Notes: generated from the sequence alone by a model not told the origin. Counted from the stretch's first letter, positions 21,640-34,889 are shown. The stretch: 64,000 nucleotides of DNA from Botryllus schlosseri (GCA_051294905.1 CM119378.1:20274001-20338000), one strand, 5' to 3'. Translations and numbers: made by a program.

Positions 21640-23875
21640 CAGGGGTTCTCAGCCCTTTCTTGGCCGTGGCCCATTTTCCGGTTTGAAAATGTGCTGTGGT
21701 CCACCTCATATCTATGAGTCATCCTATTCAATGCGTGGTAATCGACGGCGCCGATTAGGGTTTGGACTTCGGGATCAAATTTGAAATCCCGGGATCGGGA
21801 TTTCCCGGGATTTGCGCTTCTCAATCCCGGGATTAGCAAAGTATAGTAAAATACACATACAAGCTACACACACAACATTTATTCCTTGTAGTATTGACGC
21901 AGAAACATGCTCCCGTGAAGACGAATCAAACCCATCAGCGACCGAAGGCCACCCGGATAATGAGCGTTTAAATTCGTGTACCGCCTGTTTCGTGTAGAAG
22001 TTGATTCGTCAAACGTGATCGAAAACGTCCAATGTTGCGTTTCATTGCCATAAGCTCTTCTTCCACACACTTATGGATTTATTTGCTGTGCTCGATCACC
22101 AAGTCACAAACCCGTTCGCGACATCTTGACAAGTCATAGCCATAAGCCTTGAAGGCCCGACGAATTCACTCACTTTGGGTAATTGATTGTTTACCCGTCC
22201 ACAGCAGTTAACTGGTTAAAAAGTTCATCGAGACGAGGCTTATGCGATTTATTTTATAGGAATCGATCTTCTTCATTTTCATTTTGGCTGATCTTTCTTT
22301 GACGTGTCCGATTGAATCATGCATGGTTTAATTACTATCATTTTTACGGACCTTAAATGCGTTATCAGTCCCTTTGTGCTAGACACTGAAGCTTTCAAAA
22401 CGTCTTGACACAAGTTGCATTTGGCTTTTTATGTAGATTTATAAAACAAACAGTGTCGCCAAACATGCAATTTTTTCTTCGCATTGACATCTTCGAATCG
22501 AAATTCGCTATTGTTCGACCTGTATTTCACCTCCACAGCACCGTCCTTGTGACTTTCCGATACTCAGTTACACGCTGCTACGATTCGTAGACTATGACGA
22601 AAGTGATTGTGTAAATCATTGTTATGACATAGTTGGCTTTAATATCAAATAATTGTGAATTGTTTTAGACAACCAGCAGAGTTTGTGACATTGCTTTATT
22701 ACCAAAATAAGAGATATGGCGCTACGTAAGCCTTGGAAAATGCTGTTTACAAATCCCGGGATTTCATTGGGATTAATCCCGGGATCGGGATTACCCGGGG
22801 TCCCAACGCTAGCGCCGATATGCCTATTTATCTAAAATATTCGCATTTTAGTCTTAATTTACTGATGATATTTAAATGTAGATCTCTAGGGACATGAAAT
22901 CACGCCAGGCGCGACAAAAATGTTCGAGTTGAATAAATATCTTCCAACAAACGACCAACGAAATAATCTTGTGCCCCTTCGAGCTCCCCAAATTAGGGGG
23001 GTTGAGTGCGGCAGTTACGGCCCTGGTGGATCATAGGCTAAAACGTCTGTGTATATTATGATCTTCCACTCCTCCATTCGTGCCACGAAACACAATGATC
23101 AAATCCCCGCATCCACTGTGTGATTGGGGTTTTAGTTCCACCATTGTCGGGAATAATATAATCATTCTGTGCCAGCTTCAAACAATTCATTAATGAATGG
23201 GGTGCTAGTACTACAGAGAATAAGTAGAAAAGAGTTTTTTAATATGCATGCTGTACAATGTACATTGTATGTCTTGTACCAAACCAACTGAAGTTGCGAT
23301 GTCAGAATATTCAATCCAATTTTACAATCAATTCATGTGACTTTAACATTATATTTAATTATTTCCAGGCCGGATATTTTAAACCGACTCCAAAGATTAA
23401 TGCGCTCCGCTAAATCCTCAATCCATTACAATTCGTTGCGGCGGTGCAGTATACCTTCACCAGAAGTTGCTAATAATAATTTTCAATTATGGCAATTTTA
23501 GTCTTACAATAAAATACGACCTGCCGAAGTACATTAAATCTATACATCAATTACAATTCCTTCCGAGTTTATTGCACACCCTCTCAACGGCATACGACCC
23601 TGCCGGAATACTTGGTTACTTCAGCATTACCTTCCAGTTATCATATACTTGAAATTGCTTTAGTTGCTGTTAGCCGTAGGTTGTCATAGCCAGTGGAAAA
23701 AGCCGTCGTTTGTCCCCCTCGTCTTCGACTTGTACGTGCCACCACTACGTCTCATCAGAATCAGATGAAAAGTTAATGAATATATTTCTAGTGTTTAACA
23801 TAACAATATATGTAAACTTACATTAATTCAAAAGTTTTCTAAATAGCTTTGTGGCCCACCCTTTGAGAACCCCTG
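21640..23875. mobile_element. Non-autonomous Buster/Charlie-type hAT containing a nested element
   Basis: TIRs CAGGGGTTCTCA / TGAGAACCCCTG and perfect TSD GCCTAGAA. Confidence 0.9.
21756..22811 (-). mobile_element. Internally deleted hAT with CCCGGGAT subterminal repeats and a transposase remnant
   Basis: TIRs TAGGGTTTGGAC / GTCCCAACGCTA and perfect TSD GCGCCGAT. The minus strand at about 21880-22200 encodes broken IRRAFKAYGYDL...FSITFDESTSTRNRRYTNLNAH...LGLIR-like hAT motifs. Confidence 0.85.
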
Positions 23876-24505
23876 GCCTAGAATCTACGTCGTAACAAAA
23901 CGCACTTACTCGATATTCTACTGCGACCGTAAAGGGGGCAGCCACCCGCGCGAGACACCGATGTAGCCTTTGAAATTTCGACTTAAACACTATAACGTCA
24001 TTCTGTTTCGCAATAGATACGCGTAAAGTCACGTCGCTATTGCGGTAGCTCGCAGCTGATCCTGATAACGCCCTTGAATGCCACCGTATTTTTCAGTAAA
24101 CTGAAGTTGTCAAAAGTTTCTGGAAAGGCAAAGGTTGCAATCCCATACGTGAGATTCTAATGCCCACAGCTATAATACTTTGGACTGATCCTGTAATTAC
24201 TTTAGTGACAACCATATATTGCGGAATAAATACTTGGTTGTCCAAAAAGCGCTCCGATTCCAGCACCAGTTCAAATGCGGTCATACCGCGCAAGTGAAAT
24301 CATCATTGGCATTCACAGAAATCTTAACAATCGGCGATACATAAACATGGACTCAACATATATAATGCGCTTTTGAAGTAGAAGTTTACACACGATACTA
24401 TCATTTGACGTGAGAAATCAAACACTGATCAGGATACGAATTAGACGAACACATTCATTCGTGATTCGATCGAGCCGAACACAATGCCGGCGGGGCTTTT
24501 TCAGT

Positions 24506-26144
24506 TCATCCGCCACTCAGAGGGGGTATGACTGCGATCTCATCACTTTCAGAGAGTTGTAGCGTGGCGTCGCTATCGTCCGGAAAATATTCTTCGTTCA
24601 AAGACAGCGTAAAACAGTCCCCGAGTTCTTCGAGCCTGAAAGTAAGCATCCAAATCACAATCTGTGTAATTCGACCAACTAGCGTGAGAGCCTGACTTTC
24701 TCATTGGATTTAAAGAGCCACATCGTCCACAAGACACGCGTGAATATCGCCCCCCACTTCTCATCACACAAAAACAGACACCTGGTTAGCCCACTGATTC
24801 TTGACCGGTGGGTCTGGCCATGAAGCTATTTCGAATATCGTGAAGTTTTTGTATGTTCGCAGATGCGGTGGTCATGGTTAAAGTACATATACATATCATA
24901 CACAATTTTTACTTCTACTTCTACTTGAGTATAAATTTAGGGTCTACCAAGGATGACTACTTTGACCCTCTCTGTATGTTCGTCCAACGTCCCAGCAAAA
25001 TATAGATTGATATCGCCAATTCTATTCTACTTAAAGCTGACCTTCATCTGGAAGGAAGGTCAATAAATTATGCGGCGACTCGACTTCTAAATATTGAACG
25101 ATTTCTGTCGCTGTGACGTGATCATGACATATAGAGTTAATGACATTTGACAGCCCATGGTTTACAGAAAACGACAAGTGATTCGCATGTAAAATAACCA
25201 CAATCCAGCACAACAGCATTGGTATAATCCCAGGGTCATTTGTTATATGCGGATCAAATGTATGTTTACTCGATACTGTTATGTCACCAAGAGGTGATGT
25301 TTCTAGATTAACTTTGCGAAACTCGGGTTTCGTTATATCTGGTATACCACGGAGAGGTATAGTGCAAGACTCAGGATTGCTTACCAGGCTATTTCCGCAG
25401 CTTCCCTATTCAACAGCATATGCACATTATGCACTCATGGTATGGAATATGCACAGATCGTATGTATGTGTATCATGAGTAGGCGTATATGCCGCATGAA
25501 CATCAAGGACAAAATACATAACGTCTTATTCCATCTAAAATGTGTCCATCTTTGCAAATTCAACGCTCTTCAAACTTTTAGGCTAACTTTCATCAGGAGC
25601 GAACGTAAGTTGATTCTGTGAGCCTAATTATAAATAAAGAAATAGAAAACTTGCTTGGGTATTAACTTTCAAACACAACGCAACAGTACTTAAGATTCCC
25701 ACTTGAAAGAATGCTTACTTGGTAGCTGTCAATATTTAGCCACAGAGACAATTTTCTTTCTAATTTCGAGCATAACTAAGGTGGACCGGGGACGACTATA
25801 TGAATAGGTCAAAAGTCACATTTGGTATACCATTTCGGGGGATGCGATGGTTCATGGTAACGGTCGAATACAGCTCAAATGACTTTACAATGACACTGGT
25901 AAACCATTGGAAATAGAAGACTTACAGTTGCACATACCTGGGATAATGATCTTTTAAAATTTGTAGGACTTCCGAGCGAGTAGTTGTTTTCGGTATCTGT
26001 ACAATTCCCTCAGGCTCGCCGACCAGTTCCTTACTTTTTGCAAAAAACAAAATCTTTACCTGCGCAAAACGTTCAGTCAAATACGCTTCATATCAAACGC
26101 ATGTGTCCAAAGAAATCAACAACCTTAACCAGTGCAAGGGCCAT
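24506..26144 (-). CDS. MOCS2: Molybdopterin synthase sulfur-carrier subunit (MoaD-like)
   Basis: MOCS2A reading. Exon 25938-26059 gives VKILFFAKSKELVG...KDHYP. Exon 24506-24635 gives R-LEELGDCF...DEIAVIPPLSGG*, the ubiquitin-like di-Gly end. The GT-AG phase-2 junction is in frame. First exon uncertain; the candidate is 26130-26144 (MALAL) with a 70-nt intron. Confidence 0.9.
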
Positions 26145-26622
26145 GGGATTGAAGGTGTTAGCACGGCCAAACGCGGTGTTCTATCATTACATATCTAAAT
26201 AAAAATCTGCAAATGCAAAGATGTGGTTACAGTCAATAGATATTTCAGGGACACAGAGAGTAACCTACATACAGCTCTTTCAGACACGAAACATTGAATA
26301 CTTCTTAAGCAAGCGAGCAGTAGATGCGAGGATCTCTTCATAACAAAACGATTATCATCAATGACATTAATTCCTACATTTAGACAATTTATTCCAAATT
26401 CGGCCGCCACTATCATTCCAGTAAGCGGCTTGTCCCAAACGGATCGTTGCTATGAGAACGCGAGACAGTATTTCGACAGATATTCCTCGAAGAAGTGCTT
26501 GGATCAACATGGAAGCGTCTGCGCCATTTGGCATTGCGTACGGAGATGCTGGAAACGCGTCATAACAAACTGATTATCACGTTCGACATTTACCACATGT
26601 ATTTAGACGCAAATAGCCACTA

Positions 26623-27891
26623 TCATTTCTGTATGCGGCTTATCTCAAACGAATCGTTGCTGGCAACGCGAATACAGTATTTTGATGATATATTTTTGGA
26701 ATAACTGCTTGGAACCACAAGAAAGTGCCTGCTACATTCAGCGCGGCGTACGCATGCGCAGACAGTTACATTTTGAGAATACTCATAGGCGCGAGTCGAG
26801 GCAACACATTTCAATCCGTTAATTTGCTGTTCCGTCAAACTCCTCGGAGGCAAAGACGACAGATGGAATACATGAACACCCACAGCTTGTAACAAATGCT
26901 TCCTTTCGACGCAATACCTCTTAGAAGCTTGTATGAGCGTTAAGTGTAACACAGTGCAATCAGAAGCAGGTTCGACGCACAGTACATATTGCGGGTTATC
27001 GCAATACGTGGAATTACCGGCGATGCCACCGCTGGTACTAAACGTCCATCGATCATGTACGATTTTTTCACACCATTCGTTACCTCCGGTGGAGAACGCC
27101 CTTCCTAGACAAGTGGTAGCGAAAGTCACAGTGCCTGATTTATGATCTAAGTCGTGTAAAGTGTTCACGTTTACTACACCGCGTTGTACTTGGGATAGGG
27201 GGTCCCAAAGTAGCAGCGAGTCATCCGTTTTACCCAAGACAATACTGAAACAGTGTAAAGTTTGTGTATTCGTAACTTGGCGTGTATCATTAACGGGAGT
27301 GTTACAGCTTAAAAACACAGAATCTGCAGTGAAAGTTTTTAATAAACATCTCGCTTTCGATTGTAGGTCGTTTTGCGCGGACGTGCTTGGAAACCTATCT
27401 ATCCACGTGTACCCGCCCGTAACGAGAAGGTAGCCTTCTGAAGGCTGCCCTGATATTAAATTACCGTAGCAGCCGTACTTTTTAGCGCAAGATTTCTCCA
27501 GAAGCGCCGCCCAGAACTCACACTCAGACACGTTAGAGGCGTTCAGCAGAGTCCAGCAACCTGCGGTTTCGTACACCGGCAGTAAATCGTCTATTACGTA
27601 AGGCTTCCACAAGCCGCAATCCCACAAATTCACCGTTATTTTCCCAGACCGAATATCGCAAGGGTCAAACACTCTTCTCCAAGCTTCTTCCGACTTCGTC
27701 AAAGCGTAAAACGCGGCAATTAACCAACAGTTTCCTAAGCGACCCTGGGCGGGAAGAGATATGGTCTTTCCACGCAGGCAAGCGTTCGGGCATATCTCGT
27801 GAGTTCTTTTCCAAAAAACGTCTCCTTCTGCGTGGACGGGTTGCTGCAGACTCGAATCATCGGCGGGGAAATCAATGTCAACCCATTTCAT
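26623..27891 (-). CDS. Atypical intronless calpain-like protein (CysPc plus domain III/CBSW, no EF-hands), 422 aa
   Basis: DFPADDSSL, WKR.HEI, QGRLGNCWLIAA (Cys), EFWAALLEKSCAKKYGCY, LHCFSI (His) and DPLS in place of NPWG. Domain III shows W...TSGG...NPQY, LIQ, VGVHVF and FLVVPSSY. Confidence 0.85.
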   Translation of the reverse strand: MKWVDIDFPADDSSLQQPVHAEGDVFWKRTHEICPNACLRGKTISLPAQGRLGNCWLIAAFYALTKSEEAWRRVFDPCDIRSGKITVNLWDCGLWKPYVIDDLLPVYETAGCWTLLNASNVSECEFWAALLEKSCAKKYGCYGNLISGQPSEGYLLVTGGYTWIDRFPSTSAQNDLQSKARCLLKTFTADSVFLSCNTPVNDTRQVTNTQTLHCFSIVLGKTDDSLLLWDPLSQVQRGVVNVNTLHDLDHKSGTVTFATTCLGRAFSTGGNEWCEKIVHDRWTFSTSGGIAGNSTYCDNPQYVLCVEPASDCTVLHLTLIQASKRYCVERKHLLQAVGVHVFHLSSLPPRSLTEQQINGLKCVASTRAYEYSQNVTVCACVRRAECSRHFLVVPSSYSKNISSKYCIRVASNDSFEISRIQK

Positions 27892-28581
27892 ACCTTGATA
27901 TTGGCAGAGTCTGTGATGGGTTGATTTCTCTTTACATCAATCTCCAAGCAAATACGGAGTACGGCTATGTTAACATTGATGAGGCTAGGCAACGGCAAGC
28001 AACATACGTAGAAGAAAAAATTGGCCTATAGAAAGATAGGATTCAACTCAACTTAAGCTTAGGATTCTTATAAATGCACTAAGACACAAATAGATTCACT
28101 GTCAGCTAAGCAGCGTTCAGTTAAATTCGTCTGGCATGAGGCCACAAATGTGAGTCACTCTGCTGTAAAATATTTTTGGAGGCATAGTGACTGATAAGCA
28201 CTTTTTCCTGTGAAAATGTCCCCAAAGTGGAAACATTATACTACAGAATGGGCTTATCAGCGGGAGACCCAAAACTGTTGAAACGTCACATTAATAGTTT
28301 GGAATTGTATAAAATACACTCCATAATGACAATACGGACACTGTTCCATACATGTAAAAGCACTAATTTTGATGGAAATGGTTAAACAGCCACGAGCCAC
28401 CTAAATACAGCCCGATTGCATATAAGGGTATTTTGTGCCAGATAAATCCATGCATTATGGAAAAATATTTAAACCTTGTTGATTTGTCGAGTCCGTTTAC
28501 GGTGCAGGGAATAATTCAGAGGGAACCTCTGGCCTAAGAAAAATTCCCCACAAAAACAAGTATTTCTAGTCATCCGGTGAT

Positions 28582-29091
28582 CAGTATTGTATTCAAGTCA
28601 CTAAATTTGAGTGAAAAACCATCTCGAGTCAAGTCTAGCCATTTCAATTTATTTCAAGTCAAGTCACGAATGGAGTCATGCAAATTTTCAAAGTGACTCG
28701 AATCAAGTCTTGTGATGTCAAATTTTAGCATTTCGAGTCAATTTCAAGTCCGCGAGTATTATCAGTTTGTATTGATTGATCTGAATGTGTGGATCAGCCA
28801 ATGCTTGTGCACAGTTGGATATAGTATAAAGCATGTCCATCAGTCAAACGTGGTGCCATACCATTTCTAATCTACTAAAAGGATTTAAATCACCGGGGGT
28901 GCTCAAGTGGATTGGTAAAAATGCAGTCCACAGGATATGCTTCATCTAAAATTGTTTAGTGCTATGGTAGTTTACCAACTGACAGGTTGCAGAGTCACAA
29001 GTCATTCCATAACTGGCTTATCTCGGCTGTGAGTCAAGTCAACTGATTTAAAAAAGCGTGACCCGAGTCATCTCAACGCTGTTGTCAGTGA
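28582..29091. mobile_element. Degenerate copy of the 9144-10083 MITE family
   Basis: CAGTATTGTATTCAAGTCAC start, TCTCAACGCTG end and GAGTCAAGTC repeats. No recognisable TSD. Confidence 0.55.
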
Positions 29092-29112
29092 CATAACATC
29101 ATAGGGTTACAG

Positions 29113-32100
29113 CTAAGACCAGCGTATCAGATCGCCACTCAAAATTTTCCTGAAGAAATCCCTCACGCCGATTTGTCCCTTTGACGAAACTATTCTTCTA
29201 GCCAGCCCCTCCGTCGTGACTTTTGCGACGTTATCTGAGTCGATCCTCATGTAGAAAGCAACGGCCTGGCCATCTTCAAGCTGTGTCTTATCAGATGTCT
29301 CAAGCCTTGGACCGAGCAATGAAACTCGCACGGACTTGATGAACTTTTGCGGCTTGCACATACGAAGCAAGACAGAATACGAGGGGAACTCCGACGAGAT
29401 GAAAACCATCCAGCTCAGCAAGGCCTGCAAAACGAAATATGCTGTCGATAGCACTTCAAATGTTTACAATCGCAGGGGGGGGGAATATCACTTGTCAAAA
29501 TGCATACGATATCGAATTTGCAGACGTGGCAGGTGATACACTTTTTTGGCTGGGAGAAATAGAGTACCAGAGTGACTCAACTCTTCGAGTAACACCGATA
29601 ATGAATTCATAAGAGTATAGATGAAGTTCAAATATCTACCTTTCATGCAACAGTAAGAAGACATTGCCAGTTCTACTAAATCGCATGAAGATAATTTGGT
29701 GATTTTCGAGTGCATCTGTTTCACACACTCTGTGACGATATTGTGGGTTGATTATGACTTTGTAGGCTACTTTCCCCAAACGCGATGTTCTAATATGACC
29801 AATCCAGGTTCCAAGGCCTTCAGAGTCGGAAAATGTGTCAATACTAGAATTCTCGTAACACACAACTCTTTTAGTGGAAAGGGGCATAAATTTCCGTACT
29901 CGAAAAAATCGTCTCTCACTCGTCGACATCGATACTTTTATTTATGCTCAAGTGGGATTCCAGCACCTGAACCATTGTGCTCAGGACTACCTATACACTG
30001 GCAGATTTAGTCCACTTGCATAACGTACGAAACCAGTTACGCTTTTATACTACTCTCTCTTTTCCAACAGTTTTGGAGCAAGTTTACCGAAATTTTTATC
30101 AATCAGAAAGAAAGTAACGTTCAACGGATTGGATTAATCGATAGTAGACATCGATGAGGAATTTACATAATAATCTCCTAATGTAACTGTAATCACTGGC
30201 TTCGCAGCACCATAGGACATTTTGCATACCGCATGACTCAAACATGTTGTTGCGAGCACATAAAAGTTTCTGAAATTCTAAATGGTCTTCAAAGTCACTG
30301 CTTCTGGATAGTTTTCCACCAACTGCACGAACAGGTAACAAAAAACTGCTGTGTAACAACACACCTGAATAGCCAATATCCCAATCCGCAGCAGCAGAAA
30401 AATTGCATAATACAAAGCGGTGGTCGGCAAGAGAAACAGCAAAATGGTGAAAAGTAGTGTCCCGGCAAACAGCTGGTCGGCACGCTGCCCTGACTCGCCC
30501 AACGAGTCTACGCGCTTTCTGAGCGGGTTCCATTTCTTCCCGCGGAACAGGCGCCACATTGACATCAGGCCTGCGACCTGGAGATACACAATAATATTTA
30601 AGGAATGACTGTAGGTACAGACGTATTTGGGCCTGACGCCATTACCAGCAATAGCTGGGCAGTCTGAGTCCAGTTTAAATTGTAATGATTTGAGTTGGGT
30701 AGTGATAGTTCACTTTTTCACCTTCACACCAATAGCAATATTTTATTAGTTTCAACCCGTTATTCCAACAGTGGCAGCTTTGAAAACTTGGGGTCACTAC
30801 GTGCTACGAAGCGTAATAGTTTTGATCCAAAAAATACATACATTTTAGGACGACTTTGTAACTGTCATAATTTTCCTTGTATCCCCAAAAATATAGATAT
30901 TTGAACTTTTCAATTTATTGTAATTGGTGCTACTCAAATCCTCAACTCGGGGCCTACGTCCCAACTCCGAATCGAATCACTTAACAACTAGATTTTGCCA
31001 ATCCTCATTACGGGGTGACGGCAATGTACAGTATTTACCATTTTCAAGATACAAATTACCAAGCTGACAATAGCAACTGGCTAGGCCACATCAAATTTTG
31101 CGTTTCTATTCAATACGGAACCATCGAATCGTATCCCATACCCATGTCACAGCAGCAAACAGTATTGATTATAATGGTCATATAATTAAAGTGTCATCAT
31201 TTCCAAAATACTTTTGAACAGGGTGAGGAAAATTTATGTCAAGCATTGGACTTCAGCAACACAAAATTGCCAAACCCGTCTCTAATGCACAAAATTTCAC
31301 AGGCCCCGAGTGACCCATTAATAATTACAATTTTTGCAAAGATACAGGCTATCCAGGATTCGACTTATTCTAATGAAATGTAGGCAAATATGACTTCGGG
31401 AACTGAGCCATTGACAATGATTTTGGTTGACCCACATTTGAGCAAGCTGCAGAATGAAAATCAGTAATTTAAAGAATTGATATTATATCCCCAACGAACT
31501 CTAACCCTAACGTAACCCTAAATTTAACCCTAACCTAGCCCAAATCCCAACTGTGCCCCACATGTTCATGTGTTGAGTGCCAATGTGGCGCAGTTTTTAC
31601 GGCACAAAATTATTTCTGACCTGCAACCCGTACAATCGGCCTGCGTAAACATAAAAACAGTAAACGTGGAAGCTGAGTGTAGACACCGCATCGGCAACAA
31701 TATTCAAGAAGAACGAGAATCCGAGACACGAGCACATCAGACAGATTGTTATCATGTTCGGAAACAAGTCCATCATCATCTTTGCGTACTCCAACCACAG
31801 ACGAACGTGATAAAGGAAAAAGTGACCTGCAATATAACAGGCTTGAAACTGCCGCGTGAAATTCAAAATTACTCTGCCGAAATAGCTTACCTAGAAATTG
31901 ATTAAGGGAATGGTTGAGTTTTAATCCAGCAGGAATCCCCATCAACCACTCGATAAGCTGCTCAACCTAGAGGAAAGATAAAATTCATGAGCAAAATTAG
32001 GCTGTAAAGGACTGAGACTTAATCAGTCCTGAGTCTGAGCATCTGAATCTACTTTGGATGTATTCCATGGAAAGGATGGCAACAACCCTTTATTTGGATT

Positions 32101-33536
32101 CAATATTCATTTGTTTTAGTGAATGAGGACTTGCCTTGGTATTTGAATGTCATAGTAGCAACAGGATACATTCTGAATTTGGATTCAGTCACGATGCAGG
32201 CATTTGAATACATTCGGCCGCAGTTGCTTAATGCGCCGCCATAGGCAGAAGTGACTGAACTTTAAAGGGGCACTGTGATCTAAATATGTGGCAGCAAGAT
32301 AAAGATTGAGAAACAATTATTGGCAGCAGTGGTTTTCTTCAGAAAGCCACCATATTGGAACTAATTATCTGCATAAAACGCATTGCGTGTTCTGTGGTGT
32401 TTCGCGAGTAATACAGAGTGCCTCATTTCACACGACTTTTATTATTTCTCTCATAAAACTAATGCAAAGTTAACCCAAAACTATGAATCCGAATTGTAAT
32501 ACAAAAGTAGGATTGGTATTAAACTAACCTGCGATGCAATTGATAATACGTAAGGCAGGAACACGTCTCTGGTAGTTTTATTCGACCACAAGAGACCGTA
32601 CCTTCCTACAACATACAGCATCAGCACTCCCAATACGATGTCAGCAAAAACAGAAGCAACGACATCCCTGTCTTCCAAATTTGTCGCCTCACCGCCATCA
32701 GAAGAATTTATTCTTTTCAAACTCTTTGAAAAGTCACAAGTCCTGCGTCTGACGTGCGACAAAAAACTCGAATATCCGACCACTTTATCGCAAATTCGCA
32801 GAGGCAAAAAAGTCCATCTCGGCAAACCGTTTACAATCCTATGACCCGCATTCACAGGAAGACTGATTACGAACATCAAAAACTGAGCGAATCCTTTCAA
32901 CAAAAAGAAAACAACACTCTCCTCTCTTTTGACACAGCAATGGCTTATTGTGACATCGTCAATCTCATTAAGACCAGATTCATAAGACAGGATCCCGTTT
33001 TTACATCTCTGAACAGTTTCTAACAGTTTTTCAATATTACCGCCATTATCGCCTACTTTCAAATAGGCATCACTAACAATTTCTCCGTCCCACAACTCCG
33101 ATTGATTGTAAAGCACTAGAATTGTGTCTGTGGGCTCCGTCACGAATGCCGCACCGGAAAATATGTCTTCTGGGGAAATATCGGACTTTTGTGAATGTTC
33201 CACCTTGAATGCAACGCCGTTGTTTTCAGTTTTATACCCCAATATTGAAACCCATCGGTCCTGCGCAAAAAGGTTTGGGATCAGACAACGGAAATCGTCA
33301 TCTTCACCCTCCCATGAATCATTCGGATACCAAACTCCCAGAGGATGGATTTTTATATCTTTATTCTTCTGAGAGTGCTTTTTCAGGTACGCGCGAAGGT
33401 TTTCAGGAGTTACAGGCAGATGAACAACGGCAATCACAAACACAGCACTGAGGTCGTCGCCGAAGTGCCCCAACAAGATACCGGGAGGTGCGTTGCAGCA
33501 CAAGTGCGGGAGATACACAGTTCTCAAATCAGACAT
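29113..33536 (-). CDS. PIGQ: Phosphatidylinositol N-acetylglucosaminyltransferase subunit Q (Gpi1), about 604 aa
   Basis: Exons 32529-33536, 31891-31966, 31621-31826, 30365-30577 and 29113-29424, all GT-AG and frame-consistent. Motifs [54 protein letters not shown] and [24 protein letters not shown]. Confidence 0.93.
31497..31545. repeat. Short degenerate TAACCC (telomere-like) tract in a PIGQ intron
   Basis: CTAACCCTAACGTAACCCTAAATTTAACCCTAACCTAGCCC. Confidence 0.6.
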
Positions 33537-33708
33537 TGTGACTCATTAAAAAATAGGAACTAAAATGACTGTACAAACACATATTCTGCAAAAGTACACA
33601 ATCATTATACACGAGTCAAAACAGACGGCAGGAAAATCATAAGTGAAAGTCACCGAAGGTCAATGAGTACTTTGAAACTCGACGACGCCCATGACCATTA
33701 GCGTGCAT

Positions 33709-34199
33709 TGTGGCTGTTCAAAAAATAACTTTTTCTTCAGATTTCACTGGCTATGTGATCACATTGTTAGATTGGCGAAAACAACGCTGCACACCAAATT
33801 TGGCTCAATATCAACCAGTAGAAGCAAAGTTTAAAAAAGAATTCTAATTCCATGATTTTATAATAAATAATTAAAGAGTTAGCCACCGTAAATACAATTT
33901 TATTCAAATCCCAATTTTTCTACTGCAATAACTTCGCTTCTACTGATTGGAATAGAGCCAAATTTTGTGTGCATGGTCTCTGCTGACAACCTGACAATTT
34001 TATGTGGTCGCCAGAAAATTGGATTTTCTTTTCAATTTATTTTTTTAATATAATAAATTCAAAACTTGCTACTGCAAGAACCTCGCTTCTACTTGTTGGA
34101 ATTTAGGCAAATTTGATGTGCAGCGTTGTTTTAGCCAACAATGATTTTATCATGCAGCCAGTGAAATTTGACAGAAAAAATTGTTTTTGAACAGCCCTA
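33709..34199. mobile_element. Palindromic MITE (TAGGGCTGTT TIR family), copy 1
   Basis: TIRs TGTGGCTGTTCAAAAA / TTTTTGAACAGCCCTA, long internal inverted repeats and 6/8 TSD GCGTGCAT/CTGTGCAT. Homolog at 51362-51985. Confidence 0.75.
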
Positions 34200-34889
34200 C
34201 TGTGCATCCACTAAATTTGCTTTCCAGTGACGGTGTATTTTTTTACATTTCAAAATCAACTCCAGGCTCGTTGCGATGGTACAAATAAGATAATCTCACT
34301 ATTTTACTAAAAAAAAAATTTGACTAGACCAAAATACCCATCGTCTATCTTGGTTGCAGTTGTTCACAAGCAGACTCGTTAACAGACTCACTTATACATT
34401 TTTAGTTTATAAGCTCAGATGATAAATTGAGATACCAGTTCTCGAAAAGCATTGATATAAATAGGAATTCAAGAAATTATCGAGCCACTTACATAGGTAT
34501 GTTAACTGAATAGATATGGTGTCGCACTGTCACACTGAACCATAAACCACCACCATCTTTGCCGTGAAACTAGTTGAAAAGCTGAAAAATCTCTTGCCTA
34601 GTGGAATTATGCCATGCAGCAAAAAGTCAAGAATGGATATGTAGCCTACTGAATTGTGTCGAAAGGGCAACATACCTTAATGCATATACCGGATTCATTA
34701 ACAATTAATGATGCTTTTCTTAGAATCTCAACCGTTATCAAAAACAGCTGTGCAATAGTATTTCAATGATATTACCAGAATTAGAGGTTCCAAGCGAATG
34801 AGAATGCAGACCCATTTCCAACACTTTTTTTCTGTTAAGTATCGATCACATCCCACCTGGGCTATAAATTTAGATGTGGCCGCAAAATA

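Noticed and set aside
24942-24965. Uracil-DNA glycosylase-like VKVVILG on the minus strand
   Set aside because: It is followed by RP-stop instead of QDPYH and lies within a MOCS2A intron, so it is treated as chance.
25031-25405. 125-codon stop-free minus-strand frame in MOCS2A intron 2
   Set aside because: No recognisable motif and no convincing splice or start context.
29488-30320. Several ORFs inside the last PIGQ intron
   Set aside because: The PIGQ model is complete without them and none resembles a known family.
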